The notes: a model not told the origin generated them from the sequence alone. Counted from the stretch's first letter, positions 20,130 to 30,320 are shown. The stretch: 64,000 nt of DNA from an uncultured Eubacteriales bacterium (GCA_900549885.1 URQA01000001.1:19335-83334), one strand, 5' to 3'. Program-made: numbers and translations.

Positions 20130-20999
20130 ACGCAGCAGGCTACAGAAACGAGAAAAGTACAGGGTGTGCTCTTTGTGTTTTTGGCTGCTGTCCTGTACAG
20201 CATTGGGGGATTGTGCATTAAAGTCATCCCGTGGAGCGGTTTGTCCATCAACAGTGGGCGGAACATCGTGGCTCTGGTGGTCATTGGCGGATATTTGCTG
20301 GCGGTCAGGCACAAGCCCCGGCTCAACCGGTGGGTCTTTGTGGGAGCGCTGTGCATCTGCGGCACCAATACCTTCTTTACCTTGGCAAACAAGATGACAA
20401 CTGCGGCCAATGCCATTGTACTGCAGTTCACTGCGCCGGTTTTTGTCATCCTGCTCTCGGCCCTTTTTTGGAAAAGAAGACCCCGGCGGCTGGACTTGTG
20501 CGCCTGCGCCGTGGTACTGCTGGGGGTTTTGTGCTTTTTTGTGGAAAGCCTGTCCGCCGGAGGGACGGCGGGCAATGTGCTGGCCCTCGCTTCCGGCCTG
20601 AGCTACGCTGGGGTATTTCTGCTCAATGACCTGCCGGACAGCGATCCGATCTCATCGGTATTTTGGGGAGATGTCCTTAGTGCGGTCATTGGGCTGCCTG
20701 CCCTGCTGGGGGAGACGGTATTCACCTCCACTGCGTTGGTCAGCCTGGTCGTGCTGGGGGCCTTCCAGGTGGGACTGGCCTACATTTTGCTTACCATCGG
20801 ACTTCGCACCACTCCGGCGGTGACCGCCTCTCTAGTGTCCGGCATCGAACCAGTGCTCAACCCCATTTTGGTGGCGGTATTCTACCATGAGATTATCGGT
20901 CCGCTGTCCCTGCTGGGGGCGGCTGTCGTGGTGGGCGGCGTGGTTGCCTACAATGTGCTGAGAATCAAATTTGATCAACATAAGGAGCTGAAAACATGA
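20121..20999 (+). CDS. EamA/DMT family transporter (start uncertain: 20109, 20121 or 20166)
   Basis: About 10 TM segments; TTAANAIVLQFTAP, IEPVLNPI. Confidence 0.88.
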   Translation: MFFTQQATETRKVQGVLFVFLAAVLYSIGGLCIKVIPWSGLSINSGRNIVALVVIGGYLLAVRHKPRLNRWVFVGALCICGTNTFFTLANKMTTAANAIVLQFTAPVFVILLSALFWKRRPRRLDLCACAVVLLGVLCFFVESLSAGGTAGNVLALASGLSYAGVFLLNDLPDSDPISSVFWGDVLSAVIGLPALLGETVFTSTALVSLVVLGAFQVGLAYILLTIGLRTTPAVTASLVSGIEPVLNPILVAVFYHEIIGPLSLLGAAVVVGGVVAYNVLRIKFDQHKELKT

Positions 21000-22222
21000 C
21001 ACTGTATGAGGAATTGGTTGCCCGCGGCCTGATCGCCCAAGTGACCAACGAAGAGGAAATTAAGTCTATGATCAACGAGGGAAAGGCCACCTTCTATATC
21101 GGCTTTGACCCCACAGCTGACAGCCTGCATGTAGGCCACTTTATGGCCTTGACTCTGATGAAGCGGCTGCAAATGGCAGGCAACAAGCCCATCGCCCTGA
21201 TTGGAGGCGGTACCGCTATGATTGGGGACCCCTCTGGCCGCACGGACATGCGGTCCATGATGACCCGGGAAACCATTGAGCACAATTGCGCCTGCTTTAA
21301 AAAGCAGATGGAGCGGTTCATTGAGTTTGGTGAGGGCAAGGCGCAAATGGTCAATAACGCCGATTGGCTGCTCAATCTCAACTATGTGGATTTTATCCGG
21401 GACATCGGGGCCTGCTTCTCGGTGAACAACATGCTCCGGGCGGAGTGCTTCAAACAGCGCATGGAGAAGGGCCTGTCCTTCCTGGAATTCAACTATATGC
21501 CCATGCAGTCCTATGACTTCTATTACCTGTTCCAGCACTACGGCTGCAATATGCAGTTCGGCGGCAACGACCAGTGGTCCAACATGCTGGGGGGAACTGA
21601 GCTCATCCGCCGCAAGCTGGGCAAGGACGCCCATGCCATGACCATCGCCCTGCTCACCGATTCCCAGGGTCATAAGATGGGCAAGACTGCAGGCAACGCC
21701 GTGTGGCTGGACGCGGACAAAACCTCTCCCTATGAGTTCTATCAATACTGGAGAAACGTAGACGACGCGGACGTGATGAAGTGCGTGCGTATGCTCACCT
21801 TCCTGCCCCTGGAGCAGATCGACGAGATGGATAAGTGGGAGGGCGCCCAGCTTAACCAGGCCAAGGAAATTCTTGCCTATGAGCTGACCAAGCTGGTTCA
21901 CGGCGAGGATGAGGCGGAGAAGGCCCGGTCTGCCGCTAAGGCCCTGTTTTCCACCGGGGGAGATAAGGCGAGCATGCCCACCACCGAGCTGACCGAGGCT
22001 GATTTTTCGGGTGGGACCATCGGCGCGTTGAGTCTGCTGGTGAAATGCGGCTTAGCCGCCTCCAATGGCGAGGCCCGCCGCCTGATTCAGCAGGGAGGGG
22101 TGGCAGTAGATGAGGGTAAGCTCACCGACGCTAACGCTATATTTAACAAGGAAACCTTTGCGGGAGATGGCATCATCATCAAGAAGGGTAAGAAGATCTT
22201 CCATTGTGCAAAACTGGTCTGA
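20996..22222 (+). CDS. tyrS: Tyrosine--tRNA ligase
   Basis: YIGFDPTADSLHVGH, GGNDQW, KMGKT, C-terminal S4 domain. Confidence 0.98.
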   Translation: MTLYEELVARGLIAQVTNEEEIKSMINEGKATFYIGFDPTADSLHVGHFMALTLMKRLQMAGNKPIALIGGGTAMIGDPSGRTDMRSMMTRETIEHNCACFKKQMERFIEFGEGKAQMVNNADWLLNLNYVDFIRDIGACFSVNNMLRAECFKQRMEKGLSFLEFNYMPMQSYDFYYLFQHYGCNMQFGGNDQWSNMLGGTELIRRKLGKDAHAMTIALLTDSQGHKMGKTAGNAVWLDADKTSPYEFYQYWRNVDDADVMKCVRMLTFLPLEQIDEMDKWEGAQLNQAKEILAYELTKLVHGEDEAEKARSAAKALFSTGGDKASMPTTELTEADFSGGTIGALSLLVKCGLAASNGEARRLIQQGGVAVDEGKLTDANAIFNKETFAGDGIIIKKGKKIFHCAKLV

Positions 22223-22231
22223 TGATTTTAG

Positions 22232-22265
22232 GGCGTCCCGACAACGTGTGTCGGGACGCCGCTTT
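22232..22265 (+). terminator. Terminator hairpin between convergent tyrS and dapB
   Basis: GGCGTCCCGACA/TGTCGGGACGCC. Confidence 0.75.
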
Positions 22266-22292
22266 CTCAGCAAAAACCAGGTTTTGTTGAGT
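22265..22292. other. Candidate recombinase-binding (dif-like) site B
   Basis: TCTCAGCAAAA-ACCAGG-TTTTGTTGAGT; 20/22 arm identity to the site at 45801. Confidence 0.5.
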
Positions 22293-22326
22293 TTCAAACA
22301 GATCATAAAGAGGGCGTGGAACCGCA

Positions 22327-23100
22327 TCAGCGGTCCACGCCCTTAGCCTTCAACAGGTCTGACATATCATACAGCCCCGGCTGTTTAACCTGCATCAGGA
22401 AGCGAGCTGCTTTGATGGCCCCGGCTGCAAAAATGCTCCGGCTAGCAGCGTGATGTTTGATCTCAATGATCTCGTCCGTTCCCGCAAACGTTATCGTGTG
22501 ATCGCCTACAATGGTTCCACCCCGGACAGACGAGATACCGATCTCCCGGCGGTCCCTGGCTTTTCGGGTTAAATGACGGTCATAGATATACTCCGGATCA
22601 TAGGGGAGTGCAGATGAGGCTGCATCTGCCAGCATCAGGGCGGTTCCGCTTGGGGCGTCCAGCTTCCGGCTGTGGTGCCGTTCTACAATTTCCACGTCAA
22701 AATCTTCGCCCAGAGCGGCTGCCGCCTGTTTCACAAGCGTCAACAGGACATTGATGCCCAGAGACATGTTGGCTGAACGAAAAATAGGGACCTTCTGAGC
22801 TGCCTCCTGGATCAGATCTAACTGATCCAGGTCGTAACCGGTGGTGGCCAGCACCAGTGGGATGCCACGCGCCAAGCTAAATTCCAGAAGAGGAGTGAGC
22901 GCCGCAGGATTGGAAAAATCGATTACAACATCGGCCTGCATGCCGCATTGCACAGGGCTGGGAAATACGGGAAAGTTGTCGTTGGGCTGACCGAGGATAT
23001 CGAAGCCAGCGACAATTTCTATATCTGGCTGTCCAGAGCACAAATCGGCAACGGCCCTGCCCATATGTCCATTGCAGCCTGAAAGGATCATCTTTTGCAT
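22327..23100 (-). CDS. dapB: 4-hydroxy-tetrahydrodipicolinate reductase
   Basis: GCNGHMG, IDFS, NMSLG, ERHHSRKLDAPSGTA. Confidence 0.97.
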   Translation of the reverse strand: MQKMILSGCNGHMGRAVADLCSGQPDIEIVAGFDILGQPNDNFPVFPSPVQCGMQADVVIDFSNPAALTPLLEFSLARGIPLVLATTGYDLDQLDLIQEAAQKVPIFRSANMSLGINVLLTLVKQAAAALGEDFDVEIVERHHSRKLDAPSGTALMLADAASSALPYDPEYIYDRHLTRKARDRREIGISSVRGGTIVGDHTITFAGTDEIIEIKHHAASRSIFAAGAIKAARFLMQVKQPGLYDMSDLLKAKGVDR

Positions 23101-23113
23101 AGAGCGAACTCCT

Positions 23114-24001
23114 TTATAGAAGGCCGGCACGTTGCATGGCCTGTCGCAGAGTTTCTAGATTTTTATCAGAAATGTCGCACAGAGGCAGACGCAGCATCCC
23201 TGCATCCATCCCCAACAGATTCATAGCGGCCTTGATTGGGATGGGGTTAACCTCAAGAAACAGCGCGTCGATTAATTCCATGTACTGGATTTGAAGCTTG
23301 GCGGCAGACTCGAAATCGTTGTCCAGACACGAATGGGACATCTTTACCATAACCTCAGGGATGATGTTGGAAGCCACCGAAATGACACCTTTGGCCCCCA
23401 GAGCCATCATAGGCACGACCTGGTCGTCATTGCCGGACCAAATATAGAAGTCATCGCCGCACAGAAAACGGGTGTGCGCCAGCAAAGAAAAGTTTCCAGA
23501 AGCCTCCTTAACGCCGTTGATTTTAGGATTCTGAGCCAGTTGGCGGTAGGTTTCGGCGGTAAAGGATACGCCGGTACGGCTTGGAACATTGTAGAGGATG
23601 ATAGGCAGATCTACCCGGTCCGCAATATACTCATAGTGCTTGACCAGCCCTGTCTGGCTAGCCTTGTTGTAATAGGGTGTGACATGAAGCAGCGCGTCCG
23701 CCCCGGAGTCCTGTGCGTGCTGAGATAAGTAGACAGCAGCGGAGGTGTCGTTGCTGCCCGCCCCGGCGATCACCTTTACGCGATGGTCCACTCGCTTGAC
23801 GCAAAACTCCACTGCAGCAATGTGCTCCCGAATGGACATAGTGGCCGATTCGCCGGTCGTGCCGCACACACACACCGCGTCCACACCAGCCGCAATCTGA
23901 TTGTCGATTTGCTTGCCAAACGCATCATAGTCAATTGCACCGGATTGGTTGAAGGGCGTGACCAAAGCGGGACAAGCGCCGGTAAATACTGGAGTTCGCA
24001 T
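23114..24001 (-). CDS. dapA: 4-hydroxy-tetrahydrodipicolinate synthase
   Basis: GTTGES, TPYYNK, LYNVPSRTG, GVKEASG, NPIPIK. Confidence 0.97.
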   Translation of the reverse strand: MRTPVFTGACPALVTPFNQSGAIDYDAFGKQIDNQIAAGVDAVCVCGTTGESATMSIREHIAAVEFCVKRVDHRVKVIAGAGSNDTSAAVYLSQHAQDSGADALLHVTPYYNKASQTGLVKHYEYIADRVDLPIILYNVPSRTGVSFTAETYRQLAQNPKINGVKEASGNFSLLAHTRFLCGDDFYIWSGNDDQVVPMMALGAKGVISVASNIIPEVMVKMSHSCLDNDFESAAKLQIQYMELIDALFLEVNPIPIKAAMNLLGMDAGMLRLPLCDISDKNLETLRQAMQRAGLL

Positions 24002-24131
24002 CGGTATCATCCTTTCTGACCATTAGAGATTCAAAATAAAGAGATTATGAGGGAAAGAAAAAGCAGCCGGAGCATTCCTAACCTAGACTTCCATTCTTGT
24101 ATTCCCAATTTACCCGCAATCGCCCGCAGGT

Positions 24132-25217
24132 TTATTGGCGGGTGATATATCCCTCAGCACACAAAAGCTCGGCCAGCAGCACCGCGCCACCAGCGGCCCC
24201 CCGGAGGGTGTTGTGAGACAGAGAGACAAACTTGTAGTCGTACTGGGTGTCCGGACGCAGCCGTCCGACAGAGACAGCCATACCGCCTTCCAGATCCCGG
24301 TCCAGTCTGGCCTGGGGACGGTCAGGCTCTTCAAAATAATGCAGGAACTGTTTGGGCGCTGTGGGGAGATTCAGCTCTTGAGGCCGACCTTTAAAGTTTT
24401 TCCAAGCGTCCTTCATCTGCTCCATGGTTGGCTTATTCTTAAACGTGACAAAAGCGGCGGCAGTATGACCGTTGGACACAGGTACCCGCAGACACTGGGC
24501 AGTAATGGCAGGGGAGGGGGCATTGACAATCCTGCCGTTTTCCACCCGGCCCCAGACCTTCAGCGGCTCCTGCTCACTTTTTTCCTCCTCTCCGCCAATG
24601 TACGGGATAAGGTTATCCACCATGTCTGGCCAAGTCTCAAAGGTTTTGCCCGCCCCAGAGATGGCTTGGTAAGTACACACCAAGATCTTTTGAATGTCAA
24701 ATTCCCGCAGCGGGGACAGAGCGGGAACATAGCTCTGGATGGAACAGTTGGACTTGACGGCAATAAAGCCTCTCTTTGTTCCAAGGCGTTTGCGCTGGTC
24801 GGCAATCACCTTGATATGCTCTGGATTGACTTCCGGAATGACCATGGGAACATCCGGCGTCCAGCGGTGGGCGGAATTGTTGGATACCACGGGACACTCG
24901 TGTTTGGCATAGGCCTCTTCCAATGCTTTGATTTCCTCTTTTTTCATATCGACAGCAGAAAAAACAAAATCTACCATGGATGCAATCTGTTCCACATCAT
25001 CTTGGGCACTCATCAGGATCATGTCCTTAGCTTCGTCTGGAATGGGAACGTCCATGGCCCAACGTCCGGCCACAGCTTCCTCATACCGCTTGCCGGCGGA
25101 CCGGGGACTGGCGGCAATCACAGTAAGTTGGAACCAAGGGTGACCTTGCATTAGGGTGACAAACCGCTGACCCACCATGCCGGTGCCTCCGATGACACCT
25201 ACTTTAAATTTTTCCAT
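24132..25217 (-). CDS. asd: Aspartate-semialdehyde dehydrogenase
   Basis: GGTGMVGQ, SNCS, QAISGAG, HNTLRGAAG. Confidence 0.96.
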   Translation of the reverse strand: MEKFKVGVIGGTGMVGQRFVTLMQGHPWFQLTVIAASPRSAGKRYEEAVAGRWAMDVPIPDEAKDMILMSAQDDVEQIASMVDFVFSAVDMKKEEIKALEEAYAKHECPVVSNNSAHRWTPDVPMVIPEVNPEHIKVIADQRKRLGTKRGFIAVKSNCSIQSYVPALSPLREFDIQKILVCTYQAISGAGKTFETWPDMVDNLIPYIGGEEEKSEQEPLKVWGRVENGRIVNAPSPAITAQCLRVPVSNGHTAAAFVTFKNKPTMEQMKDAWKNFKGRPQELNLPTAPKQFLHYFEEPDRPQARLDRDLEGGMAVSVGRLRPDTQYDYKFVSLSHNTLRGAAGGAVLLAELLCAEGYITRQ

Positions 25218-25275
25218 TGTAAAGACCTCCTACTGCCTCTGCAAAAAACTGGGGCATATTAAATTGAGAATATAG

Positions 25276-25305
25276 TTGAAAAGAGGGCGCTTTTTGTACT
25301 ATAAT
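25276..25305 (+). promoter_or_regulatory. SigA promoter of the spoIID-like/queA/tgt operon
   Basis: TTGAAA-18-TATAAT. Confidence 0.6.
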
Positions 25306-25355
25306 GGAGAACAGGCGTATAGATATAGTCAACAGATCAAATCAATATTTTGTCT

Positions 25356-25384
25356 ATCATAACATCAACACGCTAAAGTGTCAA
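25356..25384 (-). promoter_or_regulatory. SigA promoter of asd-dapA-dapB
   Basis: Minus strand TTGACA-17-TATGAT with extended -10 TG. Confidence 0.7.
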
Positions 25385-25422
25385 TTCACTTGGATGCCCA
25401 ATTTGGAGAAATGGAGTGCGAC

Positions 25423-26874
25423 ATGAAGAAGAAATTCGTGCAAACTGTATTTTTGAGCATGGCAGCAGTGTCGATGCTGACGATTGCGGCCTTGGCGGCC
25501 CCTCCCGTCGGTGTGCCATCTGCTGAGATAGGATATACCCGTCAGAACAGTGGATATGCCGGTGTAGGCGGTCAGCTGATGCGCCTCGGCATTTACTATG
25601 GGAGTAATGGGAAGAGTTCTGTTGACCTTACCACTGTGGTTGGAGACGGCTTCCTGCTGGGATATTATGATGTCAACCATAATTTTATGGTGCAGTCCAG
25701 TACAACGAGCCTCAACCTGACGGTGCAGGTCGATCCTGTCTCTGGTAATACCATTACAGTCTATGACCGAAGCACTGGAATGGCGCTGTATACATATTCC
25801 GGCGATGGAGAGGGCCTTGCGGTGGAGCCCTATTCTCTCTCTGGGCAGCAGACTATCGTTAAGTGCGGTTATCCCTACTATGGTGCGTTCCGGTTTGACC
25901 GGAAAACTGCTGGCAGCGGACAGATGACCATTGTCAATCTGGTGCGCCTAGATGACTATATCAAAGGTGTTGTCCCCTACGAAATGTCCGCTTCCTGGCC
26001 GATTGAAGCGTTGAAGGCACAAGCGGTTTGTGCCAGAAGCTATGCGCTGTCCCATATCAACAGCAGTCATCAGAGAAATTACAATTTTGACTTATGTGAC
26101 ACCACAGATTGCCAGGTCTACCAGGGAGTATACAAGAGCGGGACTTCGGATAAGGTCAACCGTGCGGTAGAGGAAACCAGCGGTGTGACGCTGACTTATA
26201 ACGGTAAGTACTGTGATGCAGTTTACTCTTCCTCCAATGGCGGTGCCAGTGAGTCGGCTGCTAACGTCTGGGGCAGTGAGATTCCCTATCTGGTCGGGAA
26301 AGAGGACCCTTATGAGGCATATCTGGCCGATTCTATCCCCAATTATGAGTGGAGTTTTCAGTTTACCGGGGCAGAGCTGCAAACGCGCTTGATTTCCAAG
26401 GGCTATACCAAGTGCGGTGTCATCACCCAGGTCCAGACCACTACAAGCAATACCGGCAATGTGATCGCGCTCACCTTTACGGATGAATATGGGAAATCCT
26501 ATTCCGTCTATCGGACCGAATGCCGTACGTTCCTGACCCTACGTTCCATGCGTTATTCCGTATCCAGCGATGGCGGGACCTCAGGCGGCTCTCTTTCGGT
26601 CAATGAGGGAGGTACGCTGGACATGACCGGGGGTCTTACGGTCATTGACGGGAATGGGAACCTTTCCACCATTGACGGCGGTTATCTGATCACCGCAGGC
26701 GGTGTGACAGAGATCGGCACCGCCTCCGCCTCCGGCACGGTATTCACCTTCACAGGCACGGGATGGGGGCATAATGTCGGTATGAGCCAGTATGGGGCTT
26801 ACGCTATGGCAGAGCTGGGCTATACTTATGACCAGATTCTCCAATTCTATTATACAGGAGCTGTACTGGGATAA
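25423..26874 (+). CDS. Secreted SpoIID/LytB-domain lytic transglycosylase
   Basis: Signal peptide; [42 protein letters not shown]. Confidence 0.92.
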   Translation: MKKKFVQTVFLSMAAVSMLTIAALAAPPVGVPSAEIGYTRQNSGYAGVGGQLMRLGIYYGSNGKSSVDLTTVVGDGFLLGYYDVNHNFMVQSSTTSLNLTVQVDPVSGNTITVYDRSTGMALYTYSGDGEGLAVEPYSLSGQQTIVKCGYPYYGAFRFDRKTAGSGQMTIVNLVRLDDYIKGVVPYEMSASWPIEALKAQAVCARSYALSHINSSHQRNYNFDLCDTTDCQVYQGVYKSGTSDKVNRAVEETSGVTLTYNGKYCDAVYSSSNGGASESAANVWGSEIPYLVGKEDPYEAYLADSIPNYEWSFQFTGAELQTRLISKGYTKCGVITQVQTTTSNTGNVIALTFTDEYGKSYSVYRTECRTFLTLRSMRYSVSSDGGTSGGSLSVNEGGTLDMTGGLTVIDGNGNLSTIDGGYLITAGGVTEIGTASASGTVFTFTGTGWGHNVGMSQYGAYAMAELGYTYDQILQFYYTGAVLG

Positions 26875-27899
26875 TGTCAAAAACACATGATTTTTATTTT
26901 GATCTCCCCCCAGAGTTGATTGCCCAGACTCCGCTGGAACGCCGGGATTCCTCCCGATTGCTCACCTTGAACAAATTGACAGGGGAGACCCGGCACCTGC
27001 ATTTCTTTGACCTGCCCAAGCTGCTTCGTCCCGGGGACTGCCTAGTGCTCAACGACAGCCGGGTGCTTCCCGCCCGTCTGCTGGGCCGCCGGGAGACAGG
27101 GGGGGCCTGCGAGGTGCTGCTGCTGATCGACCGGGGCGAGAAAGTGTGGGAGTGCCTGGTTCGTCCGGGCAAGAAGCTGCACACCGGCGCGAAGATAAGC
27201 TTTGGCGACGGCGCGCTCACCGCACAGGTGGTGGGCGAAGTGGAAGGCGGCAACCGCCTGGTCCGGTTCGACTACGAGGGTATTTTTCTGGAAACGTTGG
27301 AGCGCCTTGGGAAAATGCCCCTGCCGCCTTACATCAAGGAGGAGTTGGAGGACGGGGAACGGTATCAGACCGTCTATTCCAGGGTAACCGGATCTGCGGC
27401 CGCACCCACAGCCGGCCTGCATTTTACCAGGGAATTGCTGGAGCAGCTCCAGACAATGGGTGTAAAGCTTTGTTATGTAACACTTCATGTGGGCCTCGGA
27501 ACCTTCCGCCCCGTCAAGGTGGAGGACTTAGAGGACCATGAGATGCACTCAGAATACTGCATCGTTCCCCAGGAAACTGCCGATATCATCAACCAGACCA
27601 AATCCGGCGGGGGACGGGTCATCTGTGTAGGCACCACTTCCTGCCGCACTGTTGAGAGCTGGGCGGCAGAGGACGGCCACATGGAGGCAAAGGCCGGATG
27701 GACCAATATTTTCATCTATCCTGGTTACCATTTCAAGGTGCTGGACGGGCTGATCACCAATTTCCACCTGCCAGAATCCACGTTGATTATGCTGGTGTCC
27801 GCCTTAGCGGGGCGGGAGCATGTGCTGGCCGCCTATGAGGAGGCAGTCCGGGAGCGGTACCGCTTCTTCTCCTTTGGCGACGCCATGTTCATCTCGTGA
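26874..27899 (+). CDS. queA: S-adenosylmethionine:tRNA ribosyltransferase-isomerase
   Basis: [42 protein letters not shown]. Confidence 0.98.
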   Translation: MSKTHDFYFDLPPELIAQTPLERRDSSRLLTLNKLTGETRHLHFFDLPKLLRPGDCLVLNDSRVLPARLLGRRETGGACEVLLLIDRGEKVWECLVRPGKKLHTGAKISFGDGALTAQVVGEVEGGNRLVRFDYEGIFLETLERLGKMPLPPYIKEELEDGERYQTVYSRVTGSAAAPTAGLHFTRELLEQLQTMGVKLCYVTLHVGLGTFRPVKVEDLEDHEMHSEYCIVPQETADIINQTKSGGGRVICVGTTSCRTVESWAAEDGHMEAKAGWTNIFIYPGYHFKVLDGLITNFHLPESTLIMLVSALAGREHVLAAYEEAVRERYRFFSFGDAMFIS

Positions 27900-27911
27900 G
27901 GAGGCGGCGAA

Positions 27912-28178
27912 ATGGAACGACTGACAGACCTGCCCAACATCGGCCCTGTTCTGGCGGGGAATCTAGAGCGGATCGGCGTAACAAGTCCGGACCAGCTTCG
28001 GGCGATTGGCGAGGCGGAAGCCTTTGTCAAGATCCGTGCCCAAGTAGATCCGGGGGCCTGCCTCCATCAGCTGGAGGCACTGGCAGGTGCCGTGGCGGGA
28101 GTAAGGAAATCTCAGCTATCTCCAGAGAAAAAGGCGGAGCTTAAGCGCTGGTATCAAACATTGCAGGGGAGACAATAG
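27912..28178 (+). CDS. TfoX C-terminal domain protein
   Basis: LTDLPNIGP..AGNL..IGV, ACL..L.AL.GA. Confidence 0.8.
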   Translation: MERLTDLPNIGPVLAGNLERIGVTSPDQLRAIGEAEAFVKIRAQVDPGACLHQLEALAGAVAGVRKSQLSPEKKAELKRWYQTLQGRQ

Positions 28179-28181
28179 CGG

Positions 28182-29315
28182 ATGTTTCAAGTGATAAAAA
28201 CGGAGGAGAAAGCCCGAAGGGGAACGTTCACCTGCGCCCATGGCGTGGTTCAGACTCCAGTGTTCATGAATGTGGGCACCCAGGGGGCCATCAAAGGAGC
28301 TGTATCTGCCCATGACCTCCGGGAGATCGGCTGTCAGGTGGAGCTGTCCAATACGTATCACCTGCACCTGCGTCCGGGGGATGACGTGGTAAAGGCTATG
28401 GGTGGGCTGCACCGCTTCATGAGATGGGATGGCCCTATGCTCACGGACAGCGGAGGATTCCAGGTGTTTTCCCTGGCTGGATTGCGCAACATTACTGAGG
28501 AAGGGGTCACATTTGCCTCTCACATCGACGGACATAAGATTTTTATGGGTCCGGAAGAGTCCATGCGCATCCAGTCCAATCTGGGCAGCGATATTGCGAT
28601 GGCTTTCGACGAGTGTATGGAGAATCCGGCGGAGTATGACTATGCCAAGCGCTCCTGTGAGCGCACCCTGCGTTGGCTGGAGCGGTGCAAGGCAGAGCAT
28701 GACAGGCTGAACGCCTTACCAGATTGCGTCAATCCGAAGCAGATGCTGTTCGGCATTAACCAGGGCGCCACCTACCCAGATCTGCGCGTGTGGCATATGC
28801 AGGAGACGGCTAAAATCGACTGTGACGGCTATGCTATCGGCGGCTTGGCGGTGGGGGAGCCCACCGAAGTGATGTACCAGATCATCGAGGCGGTGGAGCC
28901 ACATATGCCGGCAGATAAGCCCCGGTATCTCATGGGGGTGGGTACGCCTTCCAATATTATGGAGGGTGTGGCGCGAGGGATTGACTTCTTTGACTGCGTC
29001 ATGCCGGCCCGAAATGCCCGCCACGGCAAGCTGTTCACCTGGAATGGCTGGATCAATATCAAAAATGAGCGGTATAAACTGGATCCGCTGCCCATCGATC
29101 CAGACTGCCAGTGCCCGGCGTGCCGGTCCTTTTCCCGTGCCTATCTGCGGCATCTGTTCGTGGCCGGGGAGATGCTGGCCATGCGTCTGGCGGTGCTGCA
29201 CAACCTCTATTTTTATAACCAGTTGACCAAGCGGATCCGGGAGGCTCTGGATGCGGGCCGGTTCGCCGCGTTCCGGGCTGAGTATTCGGAACGGCTGGGA
29301 CAGCGCGCGCCCTGA
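28182..29315 (+). CDS. tgt: tRNA-guanine transglycosylase
   Basis: TPVFM.VGT, NTYHL, TDSGGFQ, GGLAVGE, DCV.P.RNAR, CxCxxC...H. Confidence 0.98.
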   Translation: MFQVIKTEEKARRGTFTCAHGVVQTPVFMNVGTQGAIKGAVSAHDLREIGCQVELSNTYHLHLRPGDDVVKAMGGLHRFMRWDGPMLTDSGGFQVFSLAGLRNITEEGVTFASHIDGHKIFMGPEESMRIQSNLGSDIAMAFDECMENPAEYDYAKRSCERTLRWLERCKAEHDRLNALPDCVNPKQMLFGINQGATYPDLRVWHMQETAKIDCDGYAIGGLAVGEPTEVMYQIIEAVEPHMPADKPRYLMGVGTPSNIMEGVARGIDFFDCVMPARNARHGKLFTWNGWINIKNERYKLDPLPIDPDCQCPACRSFSRAYLRHLFVAGEMLAMRLAVLHNLYFYNQLTKRIREALDAGRFAAFRAEYSERLGQRAP

Positions 29316-29334
29316 AAATCTTTTAAATTTGGGG

Positions 29335-29363
29335 TTGTACTTTTTTCAGGACTCCGCTATAAT
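29335..29363 (+). promoter_or_regulatory. SigA promoter of yajC
   Basis: TTGTAC-17-TATAAT. Confidence 0.65.
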
Positions 29364-29429
29364 AGCCTTAATGCTTTTTGCAAGGCCCATGAAGCACATT
29401 ACATTTCATTATTGGAGGAAGAATCAACT

Positions 29430-29828
29430 ATGCCAGTTCTCACCAGTATCCTGCCCATTGCTGCGTCCGCTGGAGCCAGTGGAACCGCTTCGATGCTGCC
29501 CACCATTTTAATGGTAGTGGCCATGATTGCCATTTTCTACTTTTTGCTCATCCGTCCAGAGAACAAAAAGAAGAAGGCTGCCAATGAAATGCGCAACAGC
29601 CTTAAGCCTGGTGATGAGATCACCACTATCGGCGGTATCGTGGGCACCATCTGTGCGGTGAAGGAAGAGACCATTGTCATCGAAACCGGCGCGGACCGCG
29701 TGCGCATCGAGTTCACTAAGTGGGCCGTATCCAGTAAGGGCACCCAGGGAGCGCAGGATGCTGCTCCCGCTCCTGAGAAGAAGGAGAAGGACAAGGATAA
29801 AAAGGACAGCGGCGAGAAAGAAAAGTAA
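29430..29828 (+). CDS. yajC: Preprotein translocase subunit YajC
   Basis: FYFLLIRP..KK, LKPGDEITTIGGIVG. Confidence 0.95.
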   Translation: MPVLTSILPIAASAGASGTASMLPTILMVVAMIAIFYFLLIRPENKKKKAANEMRNSLKPGDEITTIGGIVGTICAVKEETIVIETGADRVRIEFTKWAVSSKGTQGAQDAAPAPEKKEKDKDKKDSGEKEK

Positions 29829-29842
29829 GCCGCCTTTTTCAC

Positions 29843-29871
29843 GCATGACTGGCACCCCTTTCGCATAGGTT
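29843..29871 (+). promoter_or_regulatory. SigE-type promoter
   Basis: GCATGAC-14-CATAGGTT. Confidence 0.55.
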
Positions 29872-29903
29872 GTACCAAGACCTATGGAAAGGGGTGCTTT
29901 TGT

Positions 29904-30320
29904 GTGGTCAAAGGGGGAGAACACAGTGCCAATGTGGTGACCATGACGGTGGGGGCCCTTCTGGGCGGAGCGGTGTCTCTGGCGGTCACCCTTCTTTTAC
30001 TGCTGGCTTGTTCTGCGGCGATCTCTGCCGGAATCCTCTCGGAGCAGCTGGAACTTCATATCACGATCGCTGCCTGCGTGGTAGGAGGATTCTGCGGCGG
30101 ATGCCTGACCCGCCGCCGGTGGGGACATCATGCGCTTCCCGCGGGGTTGGCGGCAGGTTCGGTCTTTTTCCTGCTCCTGCTGTGTGTCAGCCTGATTTTC
30201 TTGGAAGACACTGATTTCAGCAGAGCCGGACTGGGCGTACTAGCTGGCTGCCTATGCGGGGGGGCCTTGGCTGGGCTGTTTACCGGAAGAAAAAAGAAGA
30301 AAAAGAAGAGAAGTTATTGA
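29904..30320 (+). CDS. TIGR04086-like 4-TM membrane protein
   Basis: Four Gly-rich TM segments, basic tail, position between yajC and SCIFF. Confidence 0.75.
   Translation: MVKGGEHSANVVTMTVGALLGGAVSLAVTLLLLLACSAAISAGILSEQLELHITIAACVVGGFCGGCLTRRRWGHHALPAGLAAGSVFFLLLLCVSLIFLEDTDFSRAGLGVLAGCLCGGALAGLFTGRKKKKKKRSY

Noticed and set aside
25218..25350. Lysine riboswitch before asd
   Set aside because: Leader is short and AT-rich, with no conserved core or terminator
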